Shown: positions 35,360-35,471 of the stretch, piece by piece
How the letters are laid out: the number at the start of each line of letters is the position of its first letter
Position numbering within the stretch: position 1 is the first letter of the stretch
From: a virus
Taxonomy: Duplodnaviria > Caudoviricetes
Direction: 5' to 3' (one strand)
Virus record (IMG/VR): IMGVR_UViG_3300035562_000014
Span: 1-35,471 of that record
DNA length: 35,471 bases
Position numbers and translations under genes: made by a program
The notes under the pieces: model-generated
What the model was told of the DNA's origin: nothing
The model's database searches: none
Seen by the model: the letters and a program-made list of their open reading frames with translations, nothing else

Positions 35360-35471
35360 TTGGCACCCGTGCCAGCCTTCGGTAAAGCCCCTCTCAGTAC
35401 TAATTGCGGTATAATCTCGTATACGATTTAACAGGCGTTTGAAACGAAAATGACAAAACTCACACTCCAAG

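Overview
The window is an apparently complete ~35.2 kb temperate podovirus-type prophage of an enterobacterium. It is bounded by a 20-bp direct repeat (82-101 and 35285-35304) that is the 5' end of a tRNA-Arg(CCT) gene; the intact tRNA lies at the right end. The minus strand carries a late region (portal, scaffold, capsid, tail tubular A/B, GNAT, three ejection proteins, terminase, SGNH-esterase tailspike, holin, SAR endolysin, spanins), preceded by cro, a primase/VirE gene, an iteron cluster and a small HTH gene. The plus strand carries cI and an early operon (DUF2800 nuclease, SSB, family A DNA polymerase, VRR-NUC, adenine methylase, SNF2 helicase, xis) converging on the integrase. The most notable signals are non-coding. 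(1) A near-copy of the 3' half of the host sRNA RprA sits in the early operon. (2) A 16-bp palindrome occurs five times, each 12 bp upstream of an xAxxxT -10 hexamer, and several of these promoters start inside hairpins that hide the downstream ribosome-binding site. (3) There is a dif-like XerC/D site. (4) The early and capsid leaders look like structured RNAs. (5) Integration at the tRNA 5' end separates the tRNA from its host promoter. Protein calls rest on motifs and gene order only; comparisons with RprA, dif and argW are from recalled sequences, and no searches were run.
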